From: Verrucomicrobiota bacterium | GTDB lineage: Bacteria; Verrucomicrobiota; Verrucomicrobiia; Limisphaerales; UBA9464 | DNA: 64,000 bases | Direction of reading: 5' to 3' | Assembly: GCA_029865985.1 (NCBI GenBank) | Contig: JARXAF010000151.1 | Span: 36 to 64,035, forward strand | Shown: one piece after another, positions 7,727-15,451 of the stretch | How positions within the stretch are numbered: position 1 is the first letter of the stretch | How the letters are laid out: each line of letters opens with the position of its first letter | The notes under the pieces: generated by a model | Seen by the model: the letters and a program-made list of their open reading frames with translations, nothing else | What the model was told of the DNA's origin: nothing | Database searches by the model: none | Program-made: the position numbers and the translations under genes

Positions 7727-9124
7727 ATGGGGCGAAAATTTACAAACGTGAAAGTCGGTGTTGAATTAGACTCATTATTATCGCGCGAATCATTATTTCA
7801 AGGCGAAGGTTACAAGGGCATTAGCGCATGTCAGGAATTTATGGAGCTAGTGGCTTGGTTTAGCAGTCAGTCCGAGGATAATACAGCAGGCATCGGGCGT
7901 GAGAGAATTGCTGACCTATTCAACCCATACAAAATCAAGTACACATCCGCGATTTCAGTTTTAGATTCTGTAGGGATATTATATAAATGCCGAAATGGAT
8001 TTTATAATAAATTTACTAAAGACGGGAAGGTTTCTCGGTTCAAGATTACTGATTTAGGCATGCGCCTTTTGGTTGATGGCCAGCGAGAGTACCTAAGAAA
8101 ACTTCATAATGACCCTGATGAAGACAGGAGAGTTCGAAACAACAGGAGACTCAAGAAAAAGCGGCAAAAAGATGTTCTTGGACCTGTTGAATCAATTATC
8201 AATAATAATTTATTTGATTTAGAATACAGTAAAGAAGATTTTGCGCGGTTTTGGCGCGAAAAGTGCGTTTATTTTACACCCGGGGAACAATTTAATATTA
8301 ATTATTCAGTAGATAACATCAAGCACGGAAGTTTTAATGATATTATTAAAAATAAAAAAGATGGGCGAATTCATCATATCTGGGTTTTGATGAAAAGCGA
8401 CGCGCGGCCCCTGTTTCGGTTGCGCGGCAAGCCGTATTCTCGGATTTTAGACATTCGCGGCTGTCATCCGACCTTCTGGGCGAGTTTTGTTCTTGATTAT
8501 CTTTGTAAGAAAAAGAAAGACTATGAGTTAATTAATAATACTGTAGATATAACTAATAATGTAATATCTAATATAAGTAATAATACTATATCTCCCATCT
8601 CCTATTCCCTATCCCCTCTAGGATCCCTACATTACTCGTATGGAAATGTCGATGAATTAGTAAATGAGTGGTCAAAATGGACCACCTTGTGGACAAACCC
8701 TGACATCGACCCGCGAAATCTGATAGCCCAAGACCTTGGAAATGGTGAAACCAAGGACACGGTGAAGCTGCTGGTTAACTCCGCCATGAACGGTTATAAG
8801 AACGGAGTTTTTAAGTGGATCTGCAAGAATTATCCTGCCTTGAGCTCAATCTGGCTCCAAACCGACCTCAAGCTCACAGGCGTTCAGATCAGCAAATTTT
8901 ATGAGACCCGACTGATTTTGGATCCCGGGATATTCGAACTCGCAGCAGAGCTTGGGCTCGATATTCTGGCGGAGCATGATGGCTTAGGCATTTTTGCCGC
9001 CGAGGGAGATCCAGACGTTGACCAGAAGGCTCAGGCGTTGGCGGCGCGAATTGGGGATAATTGTCTGAGATTATTTGGCTTTAGGGCCGTGGTGAAGGTA
9101 AAGAGGGTGGGTAGAGGCGATTAG
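7727..9124 (+). CDS. hypothetical protein: N-terminal wHTH-like region plus C-terminal region with family-A polymerase-like motifs
   Basis: 465-aa ORF. Motif strings: KKDGRIHH (aa 210-217), RILDIRGCHPTFWASF (aa 239-254), DPRNLIAQDLGNGETKDTVKLLVNSAMNGYKNG (aa 328-360), LAEHDGLGIF (aa 414-423), FRAVVKVKRVG at the C-terminus. Asn/Ile/Ser low-complexity insert at aa 262-300. Coding is likely and function is speculative. Confidence 0.6.
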   Translation: MGRKFTNVKVGVELDSLLSRESLFQGEGYKGISACQEFMELVAWFSSQSEDNTAGIGRERIADLFNPYKIKYTSAISVLDSVGILYKCRNGFYNKFTKDGKVSRFKITDLGMRLLVDGQREYLRKLHNDPDEDRRVRNNRRLKKKRQKDVLGPVESIINNNLFDLEYSKEDFARFWREKCVYFTPGEQFNINYSVDNIKHGSFNDIIKNKKDGRIHHIWVLMKSDARPLFRLRGKPYSRILDIRGCHPTFWASFVLDYLCKKKKDYELINNTVDITNNVISNISNNTISPISYSLSPLGSLHYSYGNVDELVNEWSKWTTLWTNPDIDPRNLIAQDLGNGETKDTVKLLVNSAMNGYKNGVFKWICKNYPALSSIWLQTDLKLTGVQISKFYETRLILDPGIFELAAELGLDILAEHDGLGIFAAEGDPDVDQKAQALAARIGDNCLRLFGFRAVVKVKRVGRGD

Positions 9125-10278
9125 GGTTGGCCCGGGGGCAAAACACAGCGGAAACCGCTATCGACGGTGCGACTAAAGCTTGGATTTCCACCGTCGTAGC
9201 GGTACCAAACAATGCAGTAGTTTGCATTTATGTACCAACTACCACCGCGCATCACCCGGAACGAACCCGAAGTTGGTCCCCTCGGGTCAATCTGAAGGGC
9301 AGAAGAATACTCTCCCGACCACCAATCCCAGCACCACTCAAAAACATTCCCCGCCATGTCATACAATCCATACCCGTTGGCTTCATATGATCCAACCGGC
9401 ATCGTTCCTTTAATATCTGATGGAGTTTCAGGATAATTTGCTAACCTAGGGCTTCTCTCGTCCGTTCCCCATGGATACAACTTCCCTTCCACTCCTCCAC
9501 GAGCTGCTTTCTCCCACTCTGCTTCTGTTGGCAGTCGATAGCCTACATCCCATTTCACAGCGAGAGGCACCTTCTTGCCACTTCGATATACTTGAATCGT
9601 TGATACATCCTCATAGTAAGCCGCCCCCCGACCTTCCTTCTCTGACCGAGCATTACACCATTTGACTGCATCAAACCAATTAATATTCTTCACCGGATGT
9701 TTCGCGCCCGAACCATCACCCGCTGCTAGATCATAGCCATGTGCATTACCCCATGCTCGCACATTTTCCCACAAATCCAACGAAACCTCCCATTTATCCA
9801 TCGCAAATGCAGACACATTTACGGTGTGCTCTGCGTTGGCGGCTAACCCTGTACTCCCCATCCGGAAGAGGCCAGCTTTGATCAATGACATTCCATCAGG
9901 GGGTGACCATTCATCATTTGCTCCAATCCGATACCGAAACTTTGTTCCATACTGATTCGCCATTTCCTTCCCCGCATCCCAGACCAACTTTTTAGCAGGC
10001 CCCGGAGCAATGTGCTGCCCGACATCACCACTCACCAACTCAACGGGGCCTTTCCACGTTTTACCACCATCCGGCGACACCTTGAGGTAAACTGTCAGGG
10101 TTGGGCTGTCCGGATCTACCACATCATAGGTGATATCCACCAACCGCGATCCCTCGCGCTGTTTCGCCTGCACGTTGGAAACAACAGGGTCCACGGCGAG
10201 TACCTGCCACGCTGAGGCAACCATCAGCCAAATGGCGAGTAGGTTGGCTGGGTGGAATCGGCCTGATCTGGTTGTCAT
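9121..10278 (-). CDS. FGE-sulfatase (SUMF1/formylglycine-generating-enzyme-like) domain protein with N-terminal beta-sandwich domain
   Basis: 385 aa with a signal-like N-terminus. HPVKNINWFDAVKWCNARSEKEG, YRLPTEAEWEKAARGG, NGYGLYDMAGNVFEWCWDWW, RVMRGGSW...GFRCV. Confidence 0.85.
   Translation of the reverse strand: MTTRSGRFHPANLLAIWLMVASAWQVLAVDPVVSNVQAKQREGSRLVDITYDVVDPDSPTLTVYLKVSPDGGKTWKGPVELVSGDVGQHIAPGPAKKLVWDAGKEMANQYGTKFRYRIGANDEWSPPDGMSLIKAGLFRMGSTGLAANAEHTVNVSAFAMDKWEVSLDLWENVRAWGNAHGYDLAAGDGSGAKHPVKNINWFDAVKWCNARSEKEGRGAAYYEDVSTIQVYRSGKKVPLAVKWDVGYRLPTEAEWEKAARGGVEGKLYPWGTDERSPRLANYPETPSDIKGTMPVGSYEANGYGLYDMAGNVFEWCWDWWSGEYSSALQIDPRGPTSGSFRVMRGGSWYINANYCIVWYRYDGGNPSFSRTVDSGFRCVLPPGQP
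9950..10200. repeat. about 250-bp near-identical direct repeat, copy 1 (5' region of FGE paralogue 1)
   Basis: Aligns by eye at about 90% identity with 14655-14905, with the first about 43 nt identical. The rest of the two genes is much more diverged at DNA level. Confidence 0.7.
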
Positions 10279-10329
10279 AGGGTCAAAAGATTCTTGGTGT
10301 CGGGAAACGTTAGAACGGGCTGATTTCGC

Positions 10330-13300
10330 CTATCTGACCCGCACACGCCAGAACTTGGCTTGAACATTGGGGTCCGTCTGCAAGGTCACTTTGACTGGCG
10401 TGCTGGTGCCTTGCCCGGTTACCCGCTCGGTTTCTACCCATGTGTTTAGATCGCCGGTCGTCTCCACTGCGACCGTGGCTCCCTGAGTGGCAAGAATCTC
10501 TAGAGTCATGGATCCGTCCGCTTTGAGCGGCTGGAGGCTGATTTGCGGCGGCGTGTTCACGGTGCCACCACCGCTTTGAATGACCACCGCCACTGGATCC
10601 ACAGGGCGCACATCAAAGCCGCTACCAGTGATCTCCATCTGCTCCAGCTTCAAGGGCCACTCGGCTTGCGCACTGAATCCCGCACTCGGCACGAAGGTCA
10701 GCACTGCGGCCACACCTGTCGCATCTGCCCACGCTGTAGACCGGATCGCCGCCAAACTTACCTGACCCGCGCTTTCATTCCAGAACGGCAGGGCATCGCC
10801 GGGGACCATGGCTCCCACCTGCTTGTCGGTGAGGCTCAGGCTGGCCGGGTACTTCAGGGCAAAGCTCAAACCCGACAAATTGCCCTTCACCCGGTTCAAC
10901 CGCAGTGCCACTCGGTAAGGCTGTCCAACGGTCGCCTTCGGCCCATCCAACAACTCGATTCCCATCGCGTCGTTGGTGTTCACCAAAACCTTGGCAAAGC
11001 CCAAGGCCATTGCCAAACGCTTGCCCTCGCTGCCGGGACTGGGTTGCGGATCCAGACCCACCACCGTGCGGAGAGCTTTAATAACGTCGCCGTTGTCCAA
11101 ACTCAGGGAACCATTCAGATCGTTCAGCCCGACATCCCAGCTGCGCGCCTCCTCCAAGCCAACAAGGAGCCTTGAGACCACCACCGCGTCGCCGATATCG
11201 ATTCGTTGGTTAGCGTTGTTGTCGCCCTTGATCTTGCGCGGGCGAATCCGTCCCTCGCCAGCAACGGCCCCATTCCCTGCAGCCAGCAACGTTCCACTCG
11301 GATTGGCCAGACTGACGATTGAAGGACTCAAGACCACATTCGTCTGCACAGGGACGCTCCTTGCTCTGAAATCTACCCTTCCTAAAGCGGCAGTGCCGGA
11401 TGCCAACGCCGTTCCCGGTAATGAGAACGAACCTGATACCTCGCCAGCCACTAAGGTGTTCACGCTGTTCACGCTCTGGCCAACCACAGCGGACCACTCC
11501 ACTTTAGGATCCGCCAGAAACGCTGCGTTGTAGTTCAGCTTGAAGGTCAATCCACCGACATCACCTGTCGAAACCATGCTTAAGGGGAAGACGATCCGCT
11601 GGCCCTCCTGCACTTCAACCGCCGATCCAGCGATCAGGGTCCGGATTGGTTTCCAGACCACTTCGCGCCGGATGACGGACACATTCCCCGCCGTATCCTC
11701 GGCAGTGACCTCAATGAGATTGGTTCCCACCACCAGATTCAGGTTCCCAACGGAAAAACCTCCACCCGTCAGGTTTAAATCTCCCTGAGAGATGCCATTC
11801 CATGACCACCTAACCCCTCGCAAACTCACAGCATCAGAAGCTGTCCCAGAAAGACTGAAACGCTGGTCTTCCACCGCTCCACTCACCGGCTGCGTCACCG
11901 TTAAGACAGGGGGTTCCCCATCCGTGAACTCAGCCACAATCGCTTCGGTTCGCCCCACCACAACGGAGGTCATGGCGTTGGTTCCACTGGCACCGCCAGA
12001 CCATCGAAGGAATCTCCAACCGGCTTGCGCTTGGGCCGTCAGCGTCACAGTTGTTCCGGGCAAGAACGATTGTCCTTCTGGGGTTCTTGAAACCGTCCCA
12101 GATCCCAGAACCTTGGTCGTCAGAGTTCCAAGGCGCGCAAACTCGGCGATCACTCGCTTGGGCGCATCTACAGTCACCCCAGCCTCTTGGGTGGTTGTCA
12201 AAATATCTCCAGACCACTGCACGAAACCCCAACCCTCGGCGGGCTTGGCGGTCAAGGCCACGGCCGTGCCCTCCGGGTAATTTGCATCCGGTGGGCTCAA
12301 AAGAATTTGACCTTCTCCTCTTACCTCGGTCGCCACTGGATAGACTGCCTTGAATGTCGCTGTCGCAGACACAGGACCAGCTACTGTGATGCGGACCCTC
12401 TTTTGTGAACTGCTCACCGCACCAGTCCAACCCGCGAAAAGAGCACTGCCGGTAGTTTCAGCGACGAGTTCCACATCGGATCCTGCTTCGTAAGCCCCCA
12501 GATCCGGTACTCGACGCACTGTTCCGGGACCAGCGGTCGCAACCGTAACCGGATAACTGGCCACGCCAACCTTCCGAAAACCAGCTTTTACGGTCTTGCT
12601 GGAATCGAGAACCACCGTCAGCGGATTCTCTGATCCACTCGCATCCCCGCTCCAGTTGGTGAATTCGTATCCAGCTTCAGCAACTGGCGTAAGAACCACC
12701 GAGGTGCCTTTGGCGTAGATCCCATCCACTGCTAATTGAGTCACTCGACCGCCTAACGTGCTCTGAGCGGTCAGCACGGCCTTGTCGGTGGCAAGAGATT
12801 GAAACAGCGCGGTAATCTTCGGCGTGGCGTTGGTCACTTTCAGGATCCATTCACTCTTCGGCTGCCCCGTTCCCACACCACCCCAAAGGGCTAGGGCAAA
12901 ACCCGCGTTGGGTGCAGGAATCACTCGAACCTCTGTGCCATACGGATACACCGCCAGTGCTGGTTCCAAGATGATCTGGCCGCTGCCGGTGGCTACGTTG
13001 CTGATCGTGGTGCCAAAGTTCGCCACGAAGGAGGCGGGCGACTCGACAGTCCACGAAAAACTGGAGTCCGTTCCTACAAAGTCTCCAGCCCACCCGAGAA
13101 AACTCCATCCGGTTGAAGGCGTGGCCTGAAGCTGCACCGTGGACCCTTGATAGTAAGACCCGCTCCCAGTCACCGATCCCCCCTTAGCTGTCGCGGCCAA
13201 CGTGTATCGGGGAATTGCCTCAAAAACCGCTCCCACCGTCTTGTCTCGGCTCATCGCCACATTTCGATCCGGGAACGCACCGGACAAATCCACTTCCCAC

Positions 13301-13800
13301 CGCGCAAACCGCCATCCACTAGCTGGAACGGCTTTGACCCCGACAACCTCATCTTGCAGATAGCGGGCATTTGCGGGCGTCCGTTCAACTTGACCGCTGC
13401 CGGTCACCGGCGTGGACAGTGTGAAAGTCGGGACGATTTGGAGGCTCACCGGCTCAACCGTTCCTGTTTCGGTGAAATCTTCGCTCAAGAAAAACTGCCG
13501 CACCACGGAACTGCGCGTGATCGTGAAGGGCACCGTGTAGGGCGTCGAATTGAGAGACGGTTCAGAACCATCCAAGGTGTAGAAAAGCTGCCCGTTGGCA
13601 AAACGGTTCACCAACTGAACCACCGCCTTGTCGCCGATGCGGGTCGCGCTATCTATTTCGGCTCCATTTGCTATTAATTTGGGGTATGTGTCTAGAGTGA
13701 TTTCAGTGGAGTCAGCTTCGTGAATTCCAGCGAAAGCTAGAGGCGCGAATAGCGCAATAAGAATCGCATCGAAAAACCAGTGTTTAGACATGTAACACAT
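10330..13800 (-). CDS. giant secreted surface protein: CHB_HEX_C-like domain, 7 divergent InlB B-repeats, Ig-like domain, cohesin-like, dockerin-like, cohesin-like, C-terminal beta-sandwich
   Basis: 1156 aa with a signal-like N-terminus. QLFYTLDGSEPSLNSTPY. Seven about 68-aa repeats end in GWRFARWEVDLSG / GWSFLGWAGDFVG / GYEFTNWSGDASG / GWGFVQWSGDI / GWRFLRWSGGASG and similar (about 11923-13422). Dockerin-like DNNANQRIDIGDAVVVSRLLVG...NDLNGSLSLDNGDVIKALRTVVG (about 11045-11235). Cohesin-like GGLTFKLNYNAAFL and LSGLSFALKYPASLSL. Confidence 0.85.
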   Translation of the reverse strand: MCYMSKHWFFDAILIALFAPLAFAGIHEADSTEITLDTYPKLIANGAEIDSATRIGDKAVVQLVNRFANGQLFYTLDGSEPSLNSTPYTVPFTITRSSVVRQFFLSEDFTETGTVEPVSLQIVPTFTLSTPVTGSGQVERTPANARYLQDEVVGVKAVPASGWRFARWEVDLSGAFPDRNVAMSRDKTVGAVFEAIPRYTLAATAKGGSVTGSGSYYQGSTVQLQATPSTGWSFLGWAGDFVGTDSSFSWTVESPASFVANFGTTISNVATGSGQIILEPALAVYPYGTEVRVIPAPNAGFALALWGGVGTGQPKSEWILKVTNATPKITALFQSLATDKAVLTAQSTLGGRVTQLAVDGIYAKGTSVVLTPVAEAGYEFTNWSGDASGSENPLTVVLDSSKTVKAGFRKVGVASYPVTVATAGPGTVRRVPDLGAYEAGSDVELVAETTGSALFAGWTGAVSSSQKRVRITVAGPVSATATFKAVYPVATEVRGEGQILLSPPDANYPEGTAVALTAKPAEGWGFVQWSGDILTTTQEAGVTVDAPKRVIAEFARLGTLTTKVLGSGTVSRTPEGQSFLPGTTVTLTAQAQAGWRFLRWSGGASGTNAMTSVVVGRTEAIVAEFTDGEPPVLTVTQPVSGAVEDQRFSLSGTASDAVSLRGVRWSWNGISQGDLNLTGGGFSVGNLNLVVGTNLIEVTAEDTAGNVSVIRREVVWKPIRTLIAGSAVEVQEGQRIVFPLSMVSTGDVGGLTFKLNYNAAFLADPKVEWSAVVGQSVNSVNTLVAGEVSGSFSLPGTALASGTAALGRVDFRARSVPVQTNVVLSPSIVSLANPSGTLLAAGNGAVAGEGRIRPRKIKGDNNANQRIDIGDAVVVSRLLVGLEEARSWDVGLNDLNGSLSLDNGDVIKALRTVVGLDPQPSPGSEGKRLAMALGFAKVLVNTNDAMGIELLDGPKATVGQPYRVALRLNRVKGNLSGLSFALKYPASLSLTDKQVGAMVPGDALPFWNESAGQVSLAAIRSTAWADATGVAAVLTFVPSAGFSAQAEWPLKLEQMEITGSGFDVRPVDPVAVVIQSGGGTVNTPPQISLQPLKADGSMTLEILATQGATVAVETTGDLNTWVETERVTGQGTSTPVKVTLQTDPNVQAKFWRVRVR

Positions 13801-13831
13801 TTTAATTTAACAATTTAATATCAAAACTAAA

Positions 13832-14980
13832 TTAAATCCCCGGAGGCAAGACACAACGAAAACCATAAGCTGTATTATCCCTCCAGCCCGGTGGATCTGT
13901 AACACGGTATCGTATGGCCAAACGACAATTTGTAACAGGGGTGATCCAACTGCCACCGCGAAAAACGCGCCCTGTTTTATACTGGTCTTGTATCGGACTG
14001 TTTGGACCATGCGGATCATTTTGAGGCACAAGAGGATAATTATCGTACCAATCCCAACACCATTCAAACAAGTTTCCAGCCACATCATACAACCCATAGC
14101 CGTTTGCAGGATATGTGCCAATAGGCGTTGTTTTATTTGTTCCACAAGTTAAATTTCCTAGGGCGATTGCTTCGTCACCCCACGGGTATAATTTACCATT
14201 TAAACCACCGCGCGCCGCTTTTTCCCACTCTGCCTCGGTCGGTAGTCTATAACCGCTTCGCCATCTAACTTGTGGTGAAACTGCCTCTCCACGTCGAAAA
14301 ACCTGAGTTAAACCAGTGTCTAAATAATATGCCGGAACCAGTCCAGACTTTTCACTTCTCGCATTATTCCACTTAACGGCCTCTGACCAAGATACAGAAT
14401 TAACCGGGTGCCTTGGTCCGTAGCTTTCGCCTTGAATAATATCATAGCCATGAGAATTACCCCAGCGTCTTACTTCTTCCCATAACTCAATCGAAACCTC
14501 CCACTTGTCTATAGCATACGATGAGAGCGTTACCTGACGGACGGAGGTATCAAGACGGTCATCACCCATTTGAAAACGCCCAGCAAGGATGAGAACCATA
14601 CCAGACGGAACCTGCCAATCGTTCGCCCCAACTTTATACCGAAAATTTGCGCCGTACTGATTCGCCATTTCCTTCCCCGCATCCCAGACCAACTTTTTAG
14701 CAGTCCCGGGTGCAATGTGCTGTCCGACATCCCCACTCACCAACTCAACCGGACCTTTCCAAGTTTTACCACCGTCCGGCGACACCTTCAGGTACACCGT
14801 TAGGGTCGGGCTGTCCGGATCCGCCACGTCATAGGTGATATCCACCAACCGTGATCCCTCGCGTTGCTTGGCCTGCACGTTTGAGACAATCGGGTCCACC
14901 GCCAGTGCTTGAATGGCCCCCATCAGGCAGCATGCAGTTCTTAGAATCTTCCGCAGAGAAAGGGGCAGACAGGTTGTCAT
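13832..14980 (-). CDS. FGE-sulfatase domain protein, paralogue 2
   Basis: ORF 13832..15034, with a likely start at ATG 14980 (MTTCLPLSLRKIL..., signal-like). YRLPTEAEWEKAARGG, NGYGLYDVAGNLFEWCWDWY, RVFRGGSW...YGFRCVLPPG. The N-terminal about 85 aa is nearly identical to paralogue 1. Confidence 0.85.
   Translation of the reverse strand: MTTCLPLSLRKILRTACCLMGAIQALAVDPIVSNVQAKQREGSRLVDITYDVADPDSPTLTVYLKVSPDGGKTWKGPVELVSGDVGQHIAPGTAKKLVWDAGKEMANQYGANFRYKVGANDWQVPSGMVLILAGRFQMGDDRLDTSVRQVTLSSYAIDKWEVSIELWEEVRRWGNSHGYDIIQGESYGPRHPVNSVSWSEAVKWNNARSEKSGLVPAYYLDTGLTQVFRRGEAVSPQVRWRSGYRLPTEAEWEKAARGGLNGKLYPWGDEAIALGNLTCGTNKTTPIGTYPANGYGLYDVAGNLFEWCWDWYDNYPLVPQNDPHGPNSPIQDQYKTGRVFRGGSWITPVTNCRLAIRYRVTDPPGWRDNTAYGFRCVLPPGI
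14655..14905. repeat. about 250-bp near-identical direct repeat, copy 2 (5' region of FGE paralogue 2)
   Basis: See 9950-10200. Same orientation, about 4.7 kb apart, bracketing the giant gene. Confidence 0.7.
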
Positions 14981-15451
14981 CGGGTTGGGACTTGAAATTT
15001 GCGATGCAACGCCAAACGGTTGCTGGGCGGACATTTGTGGGAGTCTCTCACCCCTTTCTTGCCCTGAATAGGGGGGAAATCTGGTTAAACCAGAAAATAT
15101 TTCGTAACGGGCAACGGGCGAAAAGGAGGGGCGCGAATGGTTACAGATGTAATTTTTGGAAAGGCCGCCTGCACTCAGGTGGCGAACATCGGGGACTTGT
15201 ATACTCTCACTTGCATACTCCGCGCCGAAAACTGGGTCACTTGGTGTCCAAGTCTGTCCAAGAGGTAACGGTTATAATCCTTTGAAATGGGCCTGAAATG
15301 GCACTTTTGACCGAGGGAGAGGAAATCTGTCTGAGGAGGGGAAAACAATTTCGAGATGTGATCCGCTGAGTCTTCCGGCTGACAGAGATGTGGGAATTTA
15401 CCCACCTCCCTCTCGGCTAGTTGCCGCCTCCACGGAATTAAGGCGTCTCTC

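Larger units (their letters stand above)
5600..8650. other. strongly AT-rich block inside the island (compositional anomaly)
   Basis: By eye about one-third G+C versus about 60% in the flanks (not computed). Boundaries are approximate and fall inside ORFs (the 5' end of the radical-SAM gene and the middle of ORF 7727..9124). Confidence 0.7.

Noticed and set aside
9121-15034. Diversity-generating retroelement (DGR) targeting the FGE/C-type-lectin-fold proteins
   Set aside because: FGE-sulfatase C-termini are classic DGR variable regions, and paralogue 1 has an odd Tyr/Asn-rich C-terminal segment. However, no reverse transcriptase (no YxDD-type ORF) is present in the window. The only near-identical repeat pair lies in the N-terminal domain, not the C-terminal VR position. 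Its mismatches are not adenine-specific.
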